A stretch of DNA of 41,694 bases. Origin: Nemertoderma westbladi (taxonomy: Eukaryota; Animalia; Xenacoelomorpha). The DNA is taken from assembly GCA_032718475.1 (NCBI GenBank), contig JAUCBJ010000363.1:1-41694 (forward strand). The letters run 5' to 3'. This document shows positions 11,601 through 26,600 of this stretch, one piece after another. The position numbers and the translations under genes were made by a program. The first letter of the stretch is position 1; every line of letters starts with the position of its first letter. Below the pieces are notes generated by a model. It saw only the letters and a program-made list of their open reading frames with translations, had not been told where the DNA came from and made no database searches.

Positions 11601-14600
11601 AGCCGTGTAGTAAACGGATCGCTCGTTAACTTAGCGGCTACAGTAAAGTCGTGTAGTAAACGGATCGCTCGTTAACTTACCGACTACAGTAAAGTCGTGT
11701 AGTAAACGGATCGCTCGTTAACTTACCGGCTACAGTAAAGCCGTGTAGTAAACGGATCGCTCATTAACTTACCGGTAAAGTCGTGTAGTAAACGGATCGC
11801 TCGTTAACTTACCGGCTACAGTAAAGTCATGTAGTAAACGGATCGCTCGTTAACTTACCGGCTACAGTAAAGTCGTGTAGTAAACGGATCGCTCGTTAAC
11901 TTACCGACTACAGTAAAGTCGTGTAGTAAACGGATCGCTCGTTAACTTACCGGCTACAGTAAAGCCGTGTAGTAAACGGATCGCTCGTTAACTTACCGGC
12001 TACAGTAAAGTCGGGTAGTAAACGGATCGCTCGTTAACTTACCGGCTACAGTAAAGTCGTGTAGTAAACGGATCGCTCGTTAACTTACCGGCTACAGTAA
12101 AGTCGGGTAGTAAACGGATCGCTCGTTAACTTACCGGCTACAGTAAAGCCATGTAGTAAACGGATCGCTCGTTAACTTACCGGCTACAGTAAAGCCATGT
12201 AGTAAACGGATCGCTCGTTAACTTACCGGCTACAGTAAAGCCGTGTAGTAAACGGATCGCTCGTTAACTTACCGGCTACAGTAAAGCCATGTAGTAAACG
12301 GATCGCTCGTTAACTTACCGGCTACAGTAAAGCCATGTAGTAAACGGATCGCTCGTTAACTTACCGGCTACAGTAAAGTCGGGTAGTAAACGGATCGCTC
12401 GTTAACTTACCGGCTACAGTAAAGCCATGTAGTAAACGGATCGCTCATTAACTTACCGGTAAAGTCGTGTAGTAAACGGATCGCTCGTTAACTTACCGGC
12501 TACAGTAAAGCCATGTAGTAAACGGATCGCTCGTTAACTTACCGGCTACAGTAAAGCCATGTAGTAAACGGATCGCTCGTTAACTTACCGGCTACAGTAA
12601 AGCCGTGTAGTAAACGGATCGCTCGTTAACTTACCGGCTACAGTAAAGTCGTGTAGTAAACGGATCGCTCGTTAACTTACCGACTACAGTAAAGTCGTGT
12701 AGTAAACGGATCGCTCGTTAACTTACCGGCTACAGTAAAGTCGTGTAGTAAACGGATCGCTCGTTAACTTACCGGCTACAGTAAAGTCGTGTAGTAAACG
12801 GATCGCTCGTTAACTTACCGGTTACAGTAAAGTCGTGTAGTAAACGGATCGCTCGTTAACTTACCGGCTACAGTAAAGTCGTGTAGTAAACGGATCGCTC
12901 GTTAACTTACCGGCTACAGTAAAGTCGTGTAGTAAACGGATCGCTCGTTAACTTACCGGCTACAGTAAAGTCGTGTAGTAAACGGATCGCTCGTTAACTT
13001 ACCGGCTACAGTAAAGTCGTGTAGTAAACGGATCGCTCATTAACTTACCGGTAAAGTCGTGTAGTAAACGGATCGCTCGTTAACTTACCGGCTACAGTAA
13101 AGTCATGTAGTAAACGGATCGCTCGTTAACTTACCGGCTACAGTAAAGTCGTGTAGTAAACGGATCGCTCGTTAACTTACCGACTACAGTAAAGTCGTGT
13201 AGTAAACGGATCGCTCGTTAACTTACCGGCTACAGTAAAGTCGTGTAGTAAACGGATCGCTCGTTAACTTACCGGCTACAGTAAAGCCGTGTAGTAAACG
13301 GATCGCTCGTTAACTTACCGGCTACAGTAAAGTCGTGTAGTAAACGGATCGCTCGTTAACTTACCGGCTACAGTAAAGTCGTGTAGTAAACGGATCGCTC
13401 GTTAACTTACCGGCTACAGTAAAGTCGTGTAGTAAACGGATCGCTCGTTAACTTACCGGCTACAGTAAAGTCGTGTAGTAAACGGATCGCTCGTTAACTT
13501 ACCGGCTACAGTAAAGCCGTGTAGTAAACGGATCGCTCGTTAACTTACCGGCTACAGTAAAGTCGTGTAGTAAACGGATCGCTCGTTAACTTACCGGCTA
13601 CAGTAAAGCCGTGTAGTAAATGGATCGCTCGGTAACTCACCGGTAAAGCCGTGTAGTAAACGGATCGCTCGTTAACTTACCGGCTACAGTAAAGTCGTGT
13701 AGTAAACGGATCGCTCGTTAACTTACCGGCTACAGTAAAGTCGTGTAGTAAACGGATCGCTCGTTAACTTACCGGTAAAGTCGTGTAGTAAACGGATCGC
13801 TCGTTAACTTACCGGCTACAGTAAAGCCGTGTAGTAAACGGATCGCTCGTTAACTTACCGGCTACAGTAAAGTCGTGTAGTAAACGGATCGCTCGTTAAC
13901 TTACCGGCTACAGTAAAGTCGTGTAGTAAACGGATCGCTCGTTAACTTACCGGCTACAGTAAAGCCGTGTAGTAAACGGATCGCTCGTTAACTTACCGGC
14001 TACAGTAAAGCCGTGTAGTAAATGGATCGCTCGGTAACTCACCGGTAAAGCCGTGTAGTAAACGGATCGCTTGTTAACTTACCGGCTACAGTAAAGCCGT
14101 GTAGTAAACGGATCGCTCGTTAACTTACCGGCTACAGTAAAGTCGTGTAGTAAACGGATCGCTCGTTAACTTACCGGCTACAGTAAAGCCGTGTAGTAAA
14201 CGGATCGCTCGTTAACTTACCGGCTACAGTAAAGTCGTGTAGCAAACGGATCGCTCATTAACTTACCGGCTACAGTAAAGCCGTGTAGTAAACGGATCGC
14301 TCGTTAACTTACCGGCTACAGTAAAGTCGTGTAGTAAACGGATCGCTCGTTAACTTACCGGCTACAGTAAAGCCGTGTAGTAAACGGATCGCTCGTTAAC
14401 TTACCGGCTACAGTAAAGCCGTGTAGTAAACGGATCGCTCGTTAACTTACCGGCTACAGTAAAGCCGTGTAGTAAACGGATCGCTCGTTAACTTACCGGC
14501 TACAGTAAAGCCGTGTAGTAAACGGATCGCTCGGTAACTTACCGGCTACAGTAAAGTCGTGTAGTAAACGGATCGCTCGTTAACTTACCGGCTACAGTAA

Positions 14601-17600
14601 AGTCGTGTAGTAAACGGATCGCTCGTTAACTTACCGGCTACAGTAAAGCCGTGTAGTAAACGGATCGCTCGGTAACTTACCGGCTACAGTAAAGTCGTGT
14701 AGTAAACGGATCGCTCGTTAACTTACCGGCTACAGTAAAGCCGTGTAGTAAACGGATCGCTCGTTAACTTACCGGCTACAGTAAAGCCGTGTAGTAAACG
14801 GATCGCTCGGTAACTTACCGGCTACAGTAAAGTCGTGTAGTAAACGGATCGCTCGTTAACTTACCGGCTACAGTAAAGTCGTGTAGTAAACGGATCGCTC
14901 ATTAACTTACCGGCTACAGTAAAGCCGTGTAGTAAACGGATCGCTCGTTAACTTACCGGCTACAGTAAAGTCGTGTAGTAAACGGATCGCTCATTAACTT
15001 ACCGGCTACAGTAAAGCCGTGTAGTAAACGGATCGCTCGTTAACTTACCGGCTACAGTAAAGCCGTGTAGTAAACGGATCGCTCGGTAACTTACCGGTAC
15101 AGTAAAGTCGTGTAGTAAACGGATCGCTCGTTAACTTACCGGCTACAGTAAAGTCGTGTAGTAAACGGATCGCTCATTAACTTACCGGCTACAGTAAAGT
15201 CGTGTAGTAAACGGATCGCTCGGTAACTTACCGGCTACAGTAAAGTCGTGTAGTAAACGGATCGCTCGTTAACTTACCGGCTACAGTAAAGTCGTGTAGT
15301 AAACGGATCGCTCGTTAACTTACCGGCTACAGTAAAGTCGTGTAGTAAACGGATCGCTCATTAACTTACCGGCTACAGTAAAGCCGTGTAGTAAACGGAT
15401 CGCTTGTTAACTTACCGGCTACAGTAAAGCCGTGTAGTAAACGGATCGCTCGTTAACTTACCGGCTACAGTAAAGCCGTGTAGTAAACGGATCGCTCATT
15501 AACTTACCGGTAAAGCCGTGTAGTAAATGGATCGCTCGGTAACTCACCGGTAAAGCCGTGTAGTAAACGGATCGCTCGTTAACTTACCGGCTACAGTAAA
15601 GTCGTGTAGTAAACGGATCGCTCGTTAACTTACCGGTAAAGTCGTGTAGTAAACGGATCGCTCGTTAACTTACCGGCTACAGTAAAGCCGTGTAGTAAAC
15701 GGATCGCTCGTTAACTTACCGGCTACAGTAAAGTCGTGTAGTAAACGGATCGCTTGTTAACTTACCGGCTACAGTAAAGCCGTGTAGTAAACGGATCGCT
15801 CGTTAACTTACCGGCTACAGTAAAGCCGTGTAGTAAACGGATCGCTCATTAACTTACCGGTAAAGCCGTGTAGTAAACGGATCGCTCATTAACTTACCGG
15901 CTACAGTAAAGTCGTGTAGTAAACGGATCGCTCGTTAACTTACCGGCTACAGTAAAGCCGTGTAGTAAACGGATCGCTCGGTAACTTACCGGCTACAGTA
16001 AAGTCGTGTAGTAAACGGATCGCTCGTTAACTTACCGGCTACAGTAAAGCCGTGTAGTAAACGGATCGCTCGTTAACTTACCGGCTACAGTAAAGCCGTG
16101 TAGTAAACGGATCGCTCGGTAACTTACCGGCTACAGTAAAGTCGTGTAGTAAACGGATCGCTCGTTAACTTACCGGCTACAGTAAAGTCGTGTAGTAAAC
16201 GGATCGCTCATTAACTTACCGGCTACAGTAAAGCCGTGTAGTAAACGGATCGCTCGTTAACTTACCGGCTACAGTAAAGTCGTGTAGTAAACGGATCGCT
16301 CATTAACTTACCGGCTACAGTAAAGCCGTGTAGTAAACGGATCGCTCGTTAACTTACCGGCTACAGTAAAGCCGTGTAGTAAACGGATCGCTCGGTAACT
16401 TACCGGCTACAGTAAAGTCGTGTAGTAAACGGATCGCTCGTTAACTTACCGGCTACAGTAAAGTCGTGTAGTAAACGGATCGCTCATTAACTTACCGGCT
16501 ACAGTAAAGTCGTGTAGTAAACGGATCGCTCGGTAACTTACCGGCTACAGTAAAGTCGTGTAGTAAACGGATCGCTCGTTAACTTACCGGCTACAGTAAA
16601 GTCGTGTAGTAAACGGATCGCTCGTTAACTTACCGGCTACAGTAAAGTCGTGTAGTAAACGGATCGCTCATTAACTTACCGGCTACAGTAAAGCCGTGTA
16701 GTAAACGGATCGCTTGTTAACTTACCGGCTACAGTAAAGCCGTGTAGTAAACGGATCGCTCGTTAACTTACCGGCTACAGTAAAGCCGTGTAGTAAACGG
16801 ATCGCTCATTAACTTACCGGTAAAGCCGTGTAGTAAACGGATCGCTCATTAACTTACCGGCTACAGTAAAGCCGTGTAGTAAACGGATCGCTTGTTAACT
16901 TACCGGCTACAGTAAAGCCGTGTAGTAAACGGATCGCTCGTTAACTTACCGGCTACAGTAAAGCCGTGTAGTAAACGGATCGCTCATTAACTTACCGGTA
17001 AAGCCGTGTAGTAAACGGATCGCTCATTAACTTACCGGCTACAGTAAAGTCGTGTAGTAAACGGATCGCTCGTTAACTTACCGGCTACAGTAAAGTCGTG
17101 TAGTAAACGGATCGCTCGTTAACTTACCGGCTACAGTAAAGTCGTGTAGTAAACGGATCGCTCGTTAACTTACCGGCTACAGTAAAGCCGTGTAGTAAAC
17201 GGATCGCTCGTTAACTTACCGGCTACAGTAAAGTCGTGTAGTAAACGGATCGCTCGTTAACTTACCGGCTACAGTAAAGTCGTGTAGTAAACGGATCGCT
17301 CGTTAACTTACCGACTACAGTAAAGTCGTGTAGTAAACGGATCGCTCGTTAACTTACCGGCTACAGTAAAGCCGTGTAGTAAACGGATCGCTCGTTAACT
17401 TACCGGCTACAGTAAAGCCGTGTAGTAAACGGATCGCTCGTTAACTTACCGGCTACAGTAAAGTCGTGTAGTAAACGGATCGCTCGTTAACTTACCGGCT
17501 ACAGTAAAGTCGTGTAGTAAACGGATCGCTCGTTAACTTACCGGCTACAGTAAAGCCGTGTAGTAAACGGATCGCTCGTTAACTTACCGGCTACAGTAAA

Positions 17601-20600
17601 GTCGTGTAGTAAACGGATCGCTCGTTAACTTACCGGCTACAGTAAAGTCGTGTAGTAAACGGATCGCTCGTTAACTTACCGGCTACAGTAAAGTCGTGTA
17701 GTAAACGGATCGCTCGTTAACTTACCGGCTACAGTAAAGTCGTGTAGTAAACGGATCGCTCGTTAACTTACCGGCTACAGTAAAGCCGTGTAGTAAACGG
17801 ATCGCTCGTTAACTTACCGGCTACAGTAAAGTCGTGTAGTAAACGGATCGCTCGTTAACTTACCGGCTACAGTAAAGTCGTGTAGTAAACGGATCGCTCA
17901 TTAACTTACCGGCTACAGTAAAGTCGTGTAGTAAACGGATCGCTCGGTAACTTACCGGCTACAGTAAAGTCGTGTAGTAAACGGATCGCTCGTTAACTTA
18001 CCGGCTACAGTAAAGTCGTGTAGTAAACGGATCGCTCGTTAACTTACCGGCTACAGTAAAGTCGTGTAGTAAACGGATCGCTCATTAACTTACCGGCTAC
18101 AGTAAAGCCGTGTAGTAAACGGATCGCTTGTTAACTTACCGGCTACAGTAAAGCCGTGTAGTAAACGGATCGCTCGTTAACTTACCGGCTACAGTAAAGC
18201 CGTGTAGTAAACGGATCGCTCATTAACTTACCGGTAAAGCCGTGTAGTAAACGGATCGCTCATTAACTTACCGGCTACAGTAAAGCCGTGTAGTAAACGG
18301 ATCGCTTGTTAACTTACCGGCTACAGTAAAGCCGTGTAGTAAACGGATCGCTCGTTAACTTACCGGCTACAGTAAAGCCGTGTAGTAAACGGATCGCTCA
18401 TTAACTTACCGGTAAAGCCGTGTAGTAAACGGATCGCTCGTTAACTTACCGGCTACAGTAAAGCCGTGTAGTAAACGGATCGCTCATTAACTTACCGGTA
18501 AAGCCGTGTAGTAAACGGATCGCTCATTAACTTACCGACTACAGTAAAGTCGTGTAGTAAACGGATCGCTCGTTAACTTACCGGCTACAGTAAAGCCGTG
18601 TAGTAAACGGATCGCTCATTAACTTACCGACTACAGTAAAGTCGTGTAGTAAACGGATCGCTCGTTAACTTACCGGCTACAGTAAAGCCGTGTAGTAAAC
18701 GGATCGCTCATTAACTTACCGACTACAGTAAAGCCGTGTAGTAAACGGATCGCTCGTTAACTTACCGGCTACAGTAAAGCCGTGTAGTAAATGGATCGCT
18801 CGGTAACTCACCGGTAAAGCCGTGTAGTAAACGGATCGCTCGTTAACTTACCGGCTACAGTAAAGTCGTGTAGTAAACGGATCGCTCGTTAACTTACCGG
18901 CTACAGTAAAGTCGTGTAGTAAACGGATCGCTCGTTAACTTACCGGTAAAGTCGTGTAGTAAACGGATCGCTCGTTAACTTACCGGCTACAGTAAAGCCG
19001 TGTAGTAAACGGATCGCTCGTTAACTTACCGGCTACAGTAAAGTCGTGTAGTAAACGGATCGCTCGTTAACTTACCGGCTACAGTAAAGTCGTGTAGTAA
19101 ACGGATCGCTCGTTAACTTACCGGCTACAGTAAAGCCGTGTAGTAAACGGATCGCTCGTTAACTTACCGGCTACAGTAAAGCCGTGTAGTAAATGGATCG
19201 CTCGGTAACTCACCGGTAAAGCCGTGTAGTAAACGGATCGCTTGTTAACTTACCGGCTACAGTAAAGCCGTGTAGTAAACGGATCGCTCGTTAACTTACC
19301 GGCTACAGTAAAGTCGTGTAGTAAACGGATCGCTCGTTAACTTACCGGCTACAGTAAAGCCGTGTAGTAAACGGATCGCTCGTTAACTTACCGGCTACAG
19401 TAAAGTCGTGTAGCAAACGGATCGCTCATTAACTTACCGGCTACAGTAAAGCCGTGTAGTAAACGGATCGCTCGTTAACTTACCGGCTACAGTAAAGTCG
19501 TGTAGTAAACGGATCGCTCGTTAACTTACCGGCTACAGTAAAGCCGTGTAGTAAACGGATCGCTCGTTAACTTACCGGCTACAGTAAAGCCGTGTAGTAA
19601 ACGGATCGCTCGTTAACTTACCGGCTACAGTAAAGCCGTGTAGTAAACGGATCGCTCGTTAACTTACCGGCTACAGTAAAGCCGTGTAGTAAACGGATCG
19701 CTCGGTAACTTACCGGCTACAGTAAAGTCGTGTAGTAAACGGATCGCTCGTTAACTTACCGGCTACAGTAAAGTCGTGTAGTAAACGGATCGCTCGTTAA
19801 CTTACCGGCTACAGTAAAGCCGTGTAGTAAACGGATCGCTCGGTAACTTACCGGCTACAGTAAAGTCGTGTAGTAAACGGATCGCTCGTTAACTTACCGG
19901 CTACAGTAAAGCCGTGTAGTAAACGGATCGCTCGTTAACTTACCGGCTACAGTAAAGCCGTGTAGTAAACGGATCGCTCGGTAACTTACCGGCTACAGTA
20001 AAGTCGTGTAGTAAACGGATCGCTCGTTAACTTACCGGCTACAGTAAAGTCGTGTAGTAAACGGATCGCTCATTAACTTACCGGCTACAGTAAAGCCGTG
20101 TAGTAAACGGATCGCTCGTTAACTTACCGGCTACAGTAAAGTCGTGTAGTAAACGGATCGCTCATTAACTTACCGGCTACAGTAAAGCCGTGTAGTAAAC
20201 GGATCGCTCGTTAACTTACCGGCTACAGTAAAGCCGTGTAGTAAACGGATCGCTCGGTAACTTACCGGCTACAGTAAAGTCGTGTAGTAAACGGATCGCT
20301 CGTTAACTTACCGGCTACAGTAAAGTCGTGTAGTAAACGGATCGCTCATTAACTTACCGGCTACAGTAAAGTCGTGTAGTAAACGGATCGCTCGGTAACT
20401 TACCGGCTACAGTAAAGTCGTGTAGTAAACGGATCGCTCGTTAACTTACCGGCTACAGTAAAGTCGTGTAGTAAACGGATCGCTCGTTAACTTACCGGCT
20501 ACAGTAAAGTCGTGTAGTAAACGGATCGCTCATTAACTTACCGGCTACAGTAAAGCCGTGTAGTAAACGGATCGCTTGTTAACTTACCGGCTACAGTAAA

Positions 20601-23600
20601 GCCGTGTAGTAAACGGATCGCTCGTTAACTTACCGGCTACAGTAAAGCCGTGTAGTAAACGGATCGCTCATTAACTTACCGGTAAAGCCGTGTAGTAAAC
20701 GGATCGCTCATTAACTTACCGGCTACAGTAAAGCCGTGTAGTAAACGGATCGCTTGTTAACTTACCGGCTACAGTAAAGCCGTGTAGTAAACGGATCGCT
20801 CGTTAACTTACCGGCTACAGTAAAGCCGTGTAGTAAACGGATCGCTCATTAACTTACCGGTAAAGCCGTGTAGTAAACGGATCGCTCGTTAACTTACCGG
20901 CTACAGTAAAGCCGTGTAGTAAACGGATCGCTCATTAACTTACCGGTAAAGCCGTGTAGTAAACGGATCGCTCATTAACTTACCGACTACAGTAAAGTCG
21001 TGTAGTAAACGGATCGCTCGTTAACTTACCGGCTACAGTAAAGCCGTGTAGTAAACGGATCGCTCATTAACTTACCGACTACAGTAAAGTCGTGTAGTAA
21101 ACGGATCGCTCGTTAACTTACCGGCTACAGTAAAGCCGTGTAGTAAACGGATCGCTCATTAACTTACCGACTACAGTAAAGTCGTGTAGTAAACGGATCG
21201 CTCGTTAACTTACCGGCTACAGTAAAGCCGTGTAGTAAACGGATCGCTCATTAACTTACCGACTACAGTAAAGTCGTGTAGTAAACGGATCGCTCATTAA
21301 CTTACCGGCTACAGTAAAGCCGTGTAGTAAACGGATCGCTCGTTAACTTACCGGCTACAGTAAAGTCGTGTAGTAAACGGATCGCTCGTTAACTTACCGG
21401 CTACAGTAAAGTCGTGTAGTAAACGGATCGCTCGTTAACTTACCGACTACAGTAAAGTCGTGTAGTAAACGGATCGCTCGTTAACTTACCGGCTACAGTA
21501 AAGCCGTGTAGTAAACGGATCGCTCGTTAACTTACCGGCTACAGTAAAGCCGTGTAGTAAACGGATCGCTCGTTAACTTACCGGCTACAGTAAAGTCGTG
21601 TAGTAAACGGATCGCTCGTTAACTTACCGGCTACAGTAAAGTCGTGTAGTAAACGGATCGCTCGTTAACTTACCGGCTACAGTAAAGCCGTGTAGTAAAC
21701 GGATCGCTCGTTAACTTACCGGCTACAGTAAAGTCGTGTAGTAAACGGATCGCTCGTTAACTTACCGGCTACAGTAAAGTCGTGTAGTAAACGGATCGCT
21801 CGTTAACTTACCGGCTACAGTAAAGTCGTGTAGTAAACGGATCGCTCGTTAACTTACCGGCTACAGTAAAGTCGTGTAGTAAACGGATCGCTCGTTAACT
21901 TACCGGCTACAGTAAAGCCGTGTAGTAAACGGATCGCTCGTTAACTTACCGGCTACAGTAAAGTCGTGTAGTAAACGGATCGCTCGTTAACTTACCGGCT
22001 ACAGTAAAGCCGTGTAGTAAATGGATCGCTCGGTAACTCACCGGTAAAGCCGTGTAGTAAACGGATCGCTCGTTAACTTACCGGCTACAGTAAAGTCGTG
22101 TAGTAAACGGATCGCTCGTTAACTTACCGGCTACAGTAAAGTCGTGTAGTAAACGGATCGCTCGTTAACTTACCGGTAAAGTCGTGTAGTAAACGGATCG
22201 CTCGTTAACTTACCGGCTACAGTAAAGCCGTGTAGTAAACGGATCGCTCGTTAACTTACCGGCTACAGTAAAGTCGTGTAGTAAACGGATCGCTCGTTAA
22301 CTTACCGGCTACAGTAAAGTCGTGTAGTAAACGGATCGCTCGTTAACTTACCGGCTACAGTAAAGCCGTGTAGTAAACGGATCGCTCGTTAACTTACCGG
22401 CTACAGTAAAGCCGTGTAGTAAATGGATCGCTCGGTAACTCACCGGTAAAGCCGTGTAGTAAACGGATCGCTTGTTAACTTACCGGCTACAGTAAAGCCG
22501 TGTAGTAAACGGATCGCTCGTTAACTTACCGGCTACAGTAAAGTCGTGTAGTAAACGGATCGCTCGTTAACTTACCGGCTACAGTAAAGCCGTGTAGTAA
22601 ACGGATCGCTCGTTAACTTACCGGCTACAGTAAAGTCGTGTAGCAAACGGATCGCTCATTAACTTACCGGCTACAGTAAAGCCGTGTAGTAAACGGATCG
22701 CTCGTTAACTTACCGGCTACAGTAAAGTCGTGTAGTAAACGGATCGCTCGTTAACTTACCGGCTACAGTAAAGCCGTGTAGTAAACGGATCGCTCGTTAA
22801 CTTACCGGCTACAGTAAAGCCGTGTAGTAAACGGATCGCTCGTTAACTTACCGGCTACAGTAAAGCCGTGTAGTAAACGGATCGCTCGTTAACTTACCGG
22901 CTACAGTAAAGCCGTGTAGTAAACGGATCGCTCGGTAACTTACCGGCTACAGTAAAGTCGTGTAGTAAACGGATCGCTCGTTAACTTACCGGCTACAGTA
23001 AAGTCGTGTAGTAAACGGATCGCTCGTTAACTTACCGGCTACAGTAAAGCCGTGTAGTAAACGGATCGCTCGGTAACTTACCGGCTACAGTAAAGTCGTG
23101 TAGTAAACGGATCGCTCGTTAACTTACCGGCTACAGTAAAGCCGTGTAGTAAACGGATCGCTCGTTAACTTACCGGCTACAGTAAAGCCGTGTAGTAAAC
23201 GGATCGCTCGGTAACTTACCGGCTACAGTAAAGTCGTGTAGTAAACGGATCGCTCGTTAACTTACCGGCTACAGTAAAGTCGTGTAGTAAACGGATCGCT
23301 CATTAACTTACCGGCTACAGTAAAGCCGTGTAGTAAACGGATCGCTCGTTAACTTACCGGCTACAGTAAAGTCGTGTAGTAAACGGATCGCTCATTAACT
23401 TACCGGCTACAGTAAAGCCGTGTAGTAAACGGATCGCTCGTTAACTTACCGGCTACAGTAAAGCCGTGTAGTAAACGGATCGCTCGGTAACTTACCGGCT
23501 ACAGTAAAGTCGTGTAGTAAACGGATCGCTCGTTAACTTACCGGCTACAGTAAAGTCGTGTAGTAAACGGATCGCTCATTAACTTACCGGCTACAGTAAA

Positions 23601-26600
23601 GTCGTGTAGTAAACGGATCGCTCGGTAACTTACCGGCTACAGTAAAGTCGTGTAGTAAACGGATCGCTCGTTAACTTACCGGCTACAGTAAAGTCGTGTA
23701 GTAAACGGATCGCTCGTTAACTTACCGGCTACAGTAAAGTCGTGTAGTAAACGGATCGCTCATTAACTTACCGGCTACAGTAAAGCCGTGTAGTAAACGG
23801 ATCGCTTGTTAACTTACCGGCTACAGTAAAGCCGTGTAGTAAACGGATCGCTCGTTAACTTACCGGCTACAGTAAAGCCGTGTAGTAAACGGATCGCTCA
23901 TTAACTTACCGGTAAAGCCGTGTAGTAAACGGATCGCTCATTAACTTACCGGCTACAGTAAAGCCGTGTAGTAAACGGATCGCTTGTTAACTTACCGGCT
24001 ACAGTAAAGCCGTGTAGTAAACGGATCGCTCGTTAACTTACCGGCTACAGTAAAGCCGTGTAGTAAACGGATCGCTCATTAACTTACCGGTAAAGCCGTG
24101 TAGTAAACGGATCGCTCGTTAACTTACCGGCTACAGTAAAGCCGTGTAGTAAACGGATCGCTCATTAACTTACCGGTAAAGCCGTGTAGTAAACGGATCG
24201 CTCATTAACTTACCGACTACAGTAAAGTCGTGTAGTAAACGGATCGCTCGTTAACTTACCGGCTACAGTAAAGCCGTGTAGTAAACGGATCGCTCATTAA
24301 CTTACCGACTACAGTAAAGTCGTGTAGTAAACGGATCGCTCGTTAACTTACCGGCTACAGTAAAGCCGTGTAGTAAACGGATCGCTCATTAACTTACCGA
24401 CTACAGTAAAGCCGTGTAGTAAACGGATCGCTCGTTAACTTACCGGCTACAGTAAAGCCGTGTAGTAAATGGATCGCTCGGTAACTCACCGGTAAAGCCG
24501 TGTAGTAAACGGATCGCTCGTTAACTTACCGGCTACAGTAAAGTCGTGTAGTAAACGGATCGCTCGTTAACTTACCGGCTACAGTAAAGTCGTGTAGTAA
24601 ACGGATCGCTCGTTAACTTACCGGTAAAGTCGTGTAGTAAACGGATCGCTCGTTAACTTACCGGCTACAGTAAAGCCGTGTAGTAAACGGATCGCTCGTT
24701 AACTTACCGGCTACAGTAAAGTCGTGTAGTAAACGGATCGCTCGTTAACTTACCGGCTACAGTAAAGTCGTGTAGTAAACGGATCGCTCGTTAACTTACC
24801 GGCTACAGTAAAGCCGTGTAGTAAACGGATCGCTCGTTAACTTACCGGCTACAGTAAAGCCGTGTAGTAAATGGATCGCTCGGTAACTCACCGGTAAAGC
24901 CGTGTAGTAAACGGATCGCTTGTTAACTTACCGGCTACAGTAAAGCCGTGTAGTAAACGGATCGCTCGTTAACTTACCGGCTACAGTAAAGTCGTGTAGT
25001 AAACGGATCGCTCGTTAACTTACCGGCTACAGTAAAGCCGTGTAGTAAACGGATCGCTCGTTAACTTACCGGCTACAGTAAAGTCGTGTAGCAAACGGAT
25101 CGCTCATTAACTTACCGGCTACAGTAAAGCCGTGTAGTAAACGGATCGCTCGTTAACTTACCGGCTACAGTAAAGTCGTGTAGTAAACGGATCGCTCGTT
25201 AACTTACCGGCTACAGTAAAGCCGTGTAGTAAACGGATCGCTCGTTAACTTACCGGCTACAGTAAAGCCGTGTAGTAAACGGATCGCTCGTTAACTTACC
25301 GGCTACAGTAAAGCCGTGTAGTAAACGGATCGCTCGTTAACTTACCGGCTACAGTAAAGCCGTGTAGTAAACGGATCGCTCGGTAACTTACCGGCTACAG
25401 TAAAGTCGTGTAGTAAACGGATCGCTCGTTAACTTACCGGCTACAGTAAAGTCGTGTAGTAAACGGATCGCTCGTTAACTTACCGGCTACAGTAAAGCCG
25501 TGTAGTAAACGGATCGCTCGGTAACTTACCGGCTACAGTAAAGTCGTGTAGTAAACGGATCGCTCGTTAACTTACCGGCTACAGTAAAGCCGTGTAGTAA
25601 ACGGATCGCTCGTTAACTTACCGGCTACAGTAAAGCCGTGTAGTAAACGGATCGCTCGGTAACTTACCGGCTACAGTAAAGTCGTGTAGTAAACGGATCG
25701 CTCGTTAACTTACCGGCTACAGTAAAGTCGTGTAGTAAACGGATCGCTCATTAACTTACCGGCTACAGTAAAGCCGTGTAGTAAACGGATCGCTCGTTAA
25801 CTTACCGGCTACAGTAAAGTCGTGTAGTAAACGGATCGCTCATTAACTTACCGGCTACAGTAAAGCCGTGTAGTAAACGGATCGCTCGTTAACTTACCGG
25901 CTACAGTAAAGCCGTGTAGTAAACGGATCGCTCGGTAACTTACCGGCTACAGTAAAGTCGTGTAGTAAACGGATCGCTCGTTAACTTACCGGCTACAGTA
26001 AAGTCGTGTAGTAAACGGATCGCTCATTAACTTACCGGCTACAGTAAAGTCGTGTAGTAAACGGATCGCTCGGTAACTTACCGGCTACAGTAAAGTCGTG
26101 TAGTAAACGGATCGCTCGTTAACTTACCGGCTACAGTAAAGTCGTGTAGTAAACGGATCGCTCGTTAACTTACCGGCTACAGTAAAGTCGTGTAGTAAAC
26201 GGATCGCTCATTAACTTACCGGCTACAGTAAAGCCGTGTAGTAAACGGATCGCTTGTTAACTTACCGGCTACAGTAAAGCCGTGTAGTAAACGGATCGCT
26301 CGTTAACTTACCGGCTACAGTAAAGCCGTGTAGTAAACGGATCGCTCATTAACTTACCGGTAAAGCCGTGTAGTAAACGGATCGCTCATTAACTTACCGG
26401 CTACAGTAAAGCCGTGTAGTAAACGGATCGCTTGTTAACTTACCGGCTACAGTAAAGCCGTGTAGTAAACGGATCGCTCGTTAACTTACCGGCTACAGTA
26501 AAGCCGTGTAGTAAACGGATCGCTCATTAACTTACCGGTAAAGCCGTGTAGTAAACGGATCGCTCGTTAACTTACCGGCTACAGTAAAGCCGTGTAGTAA

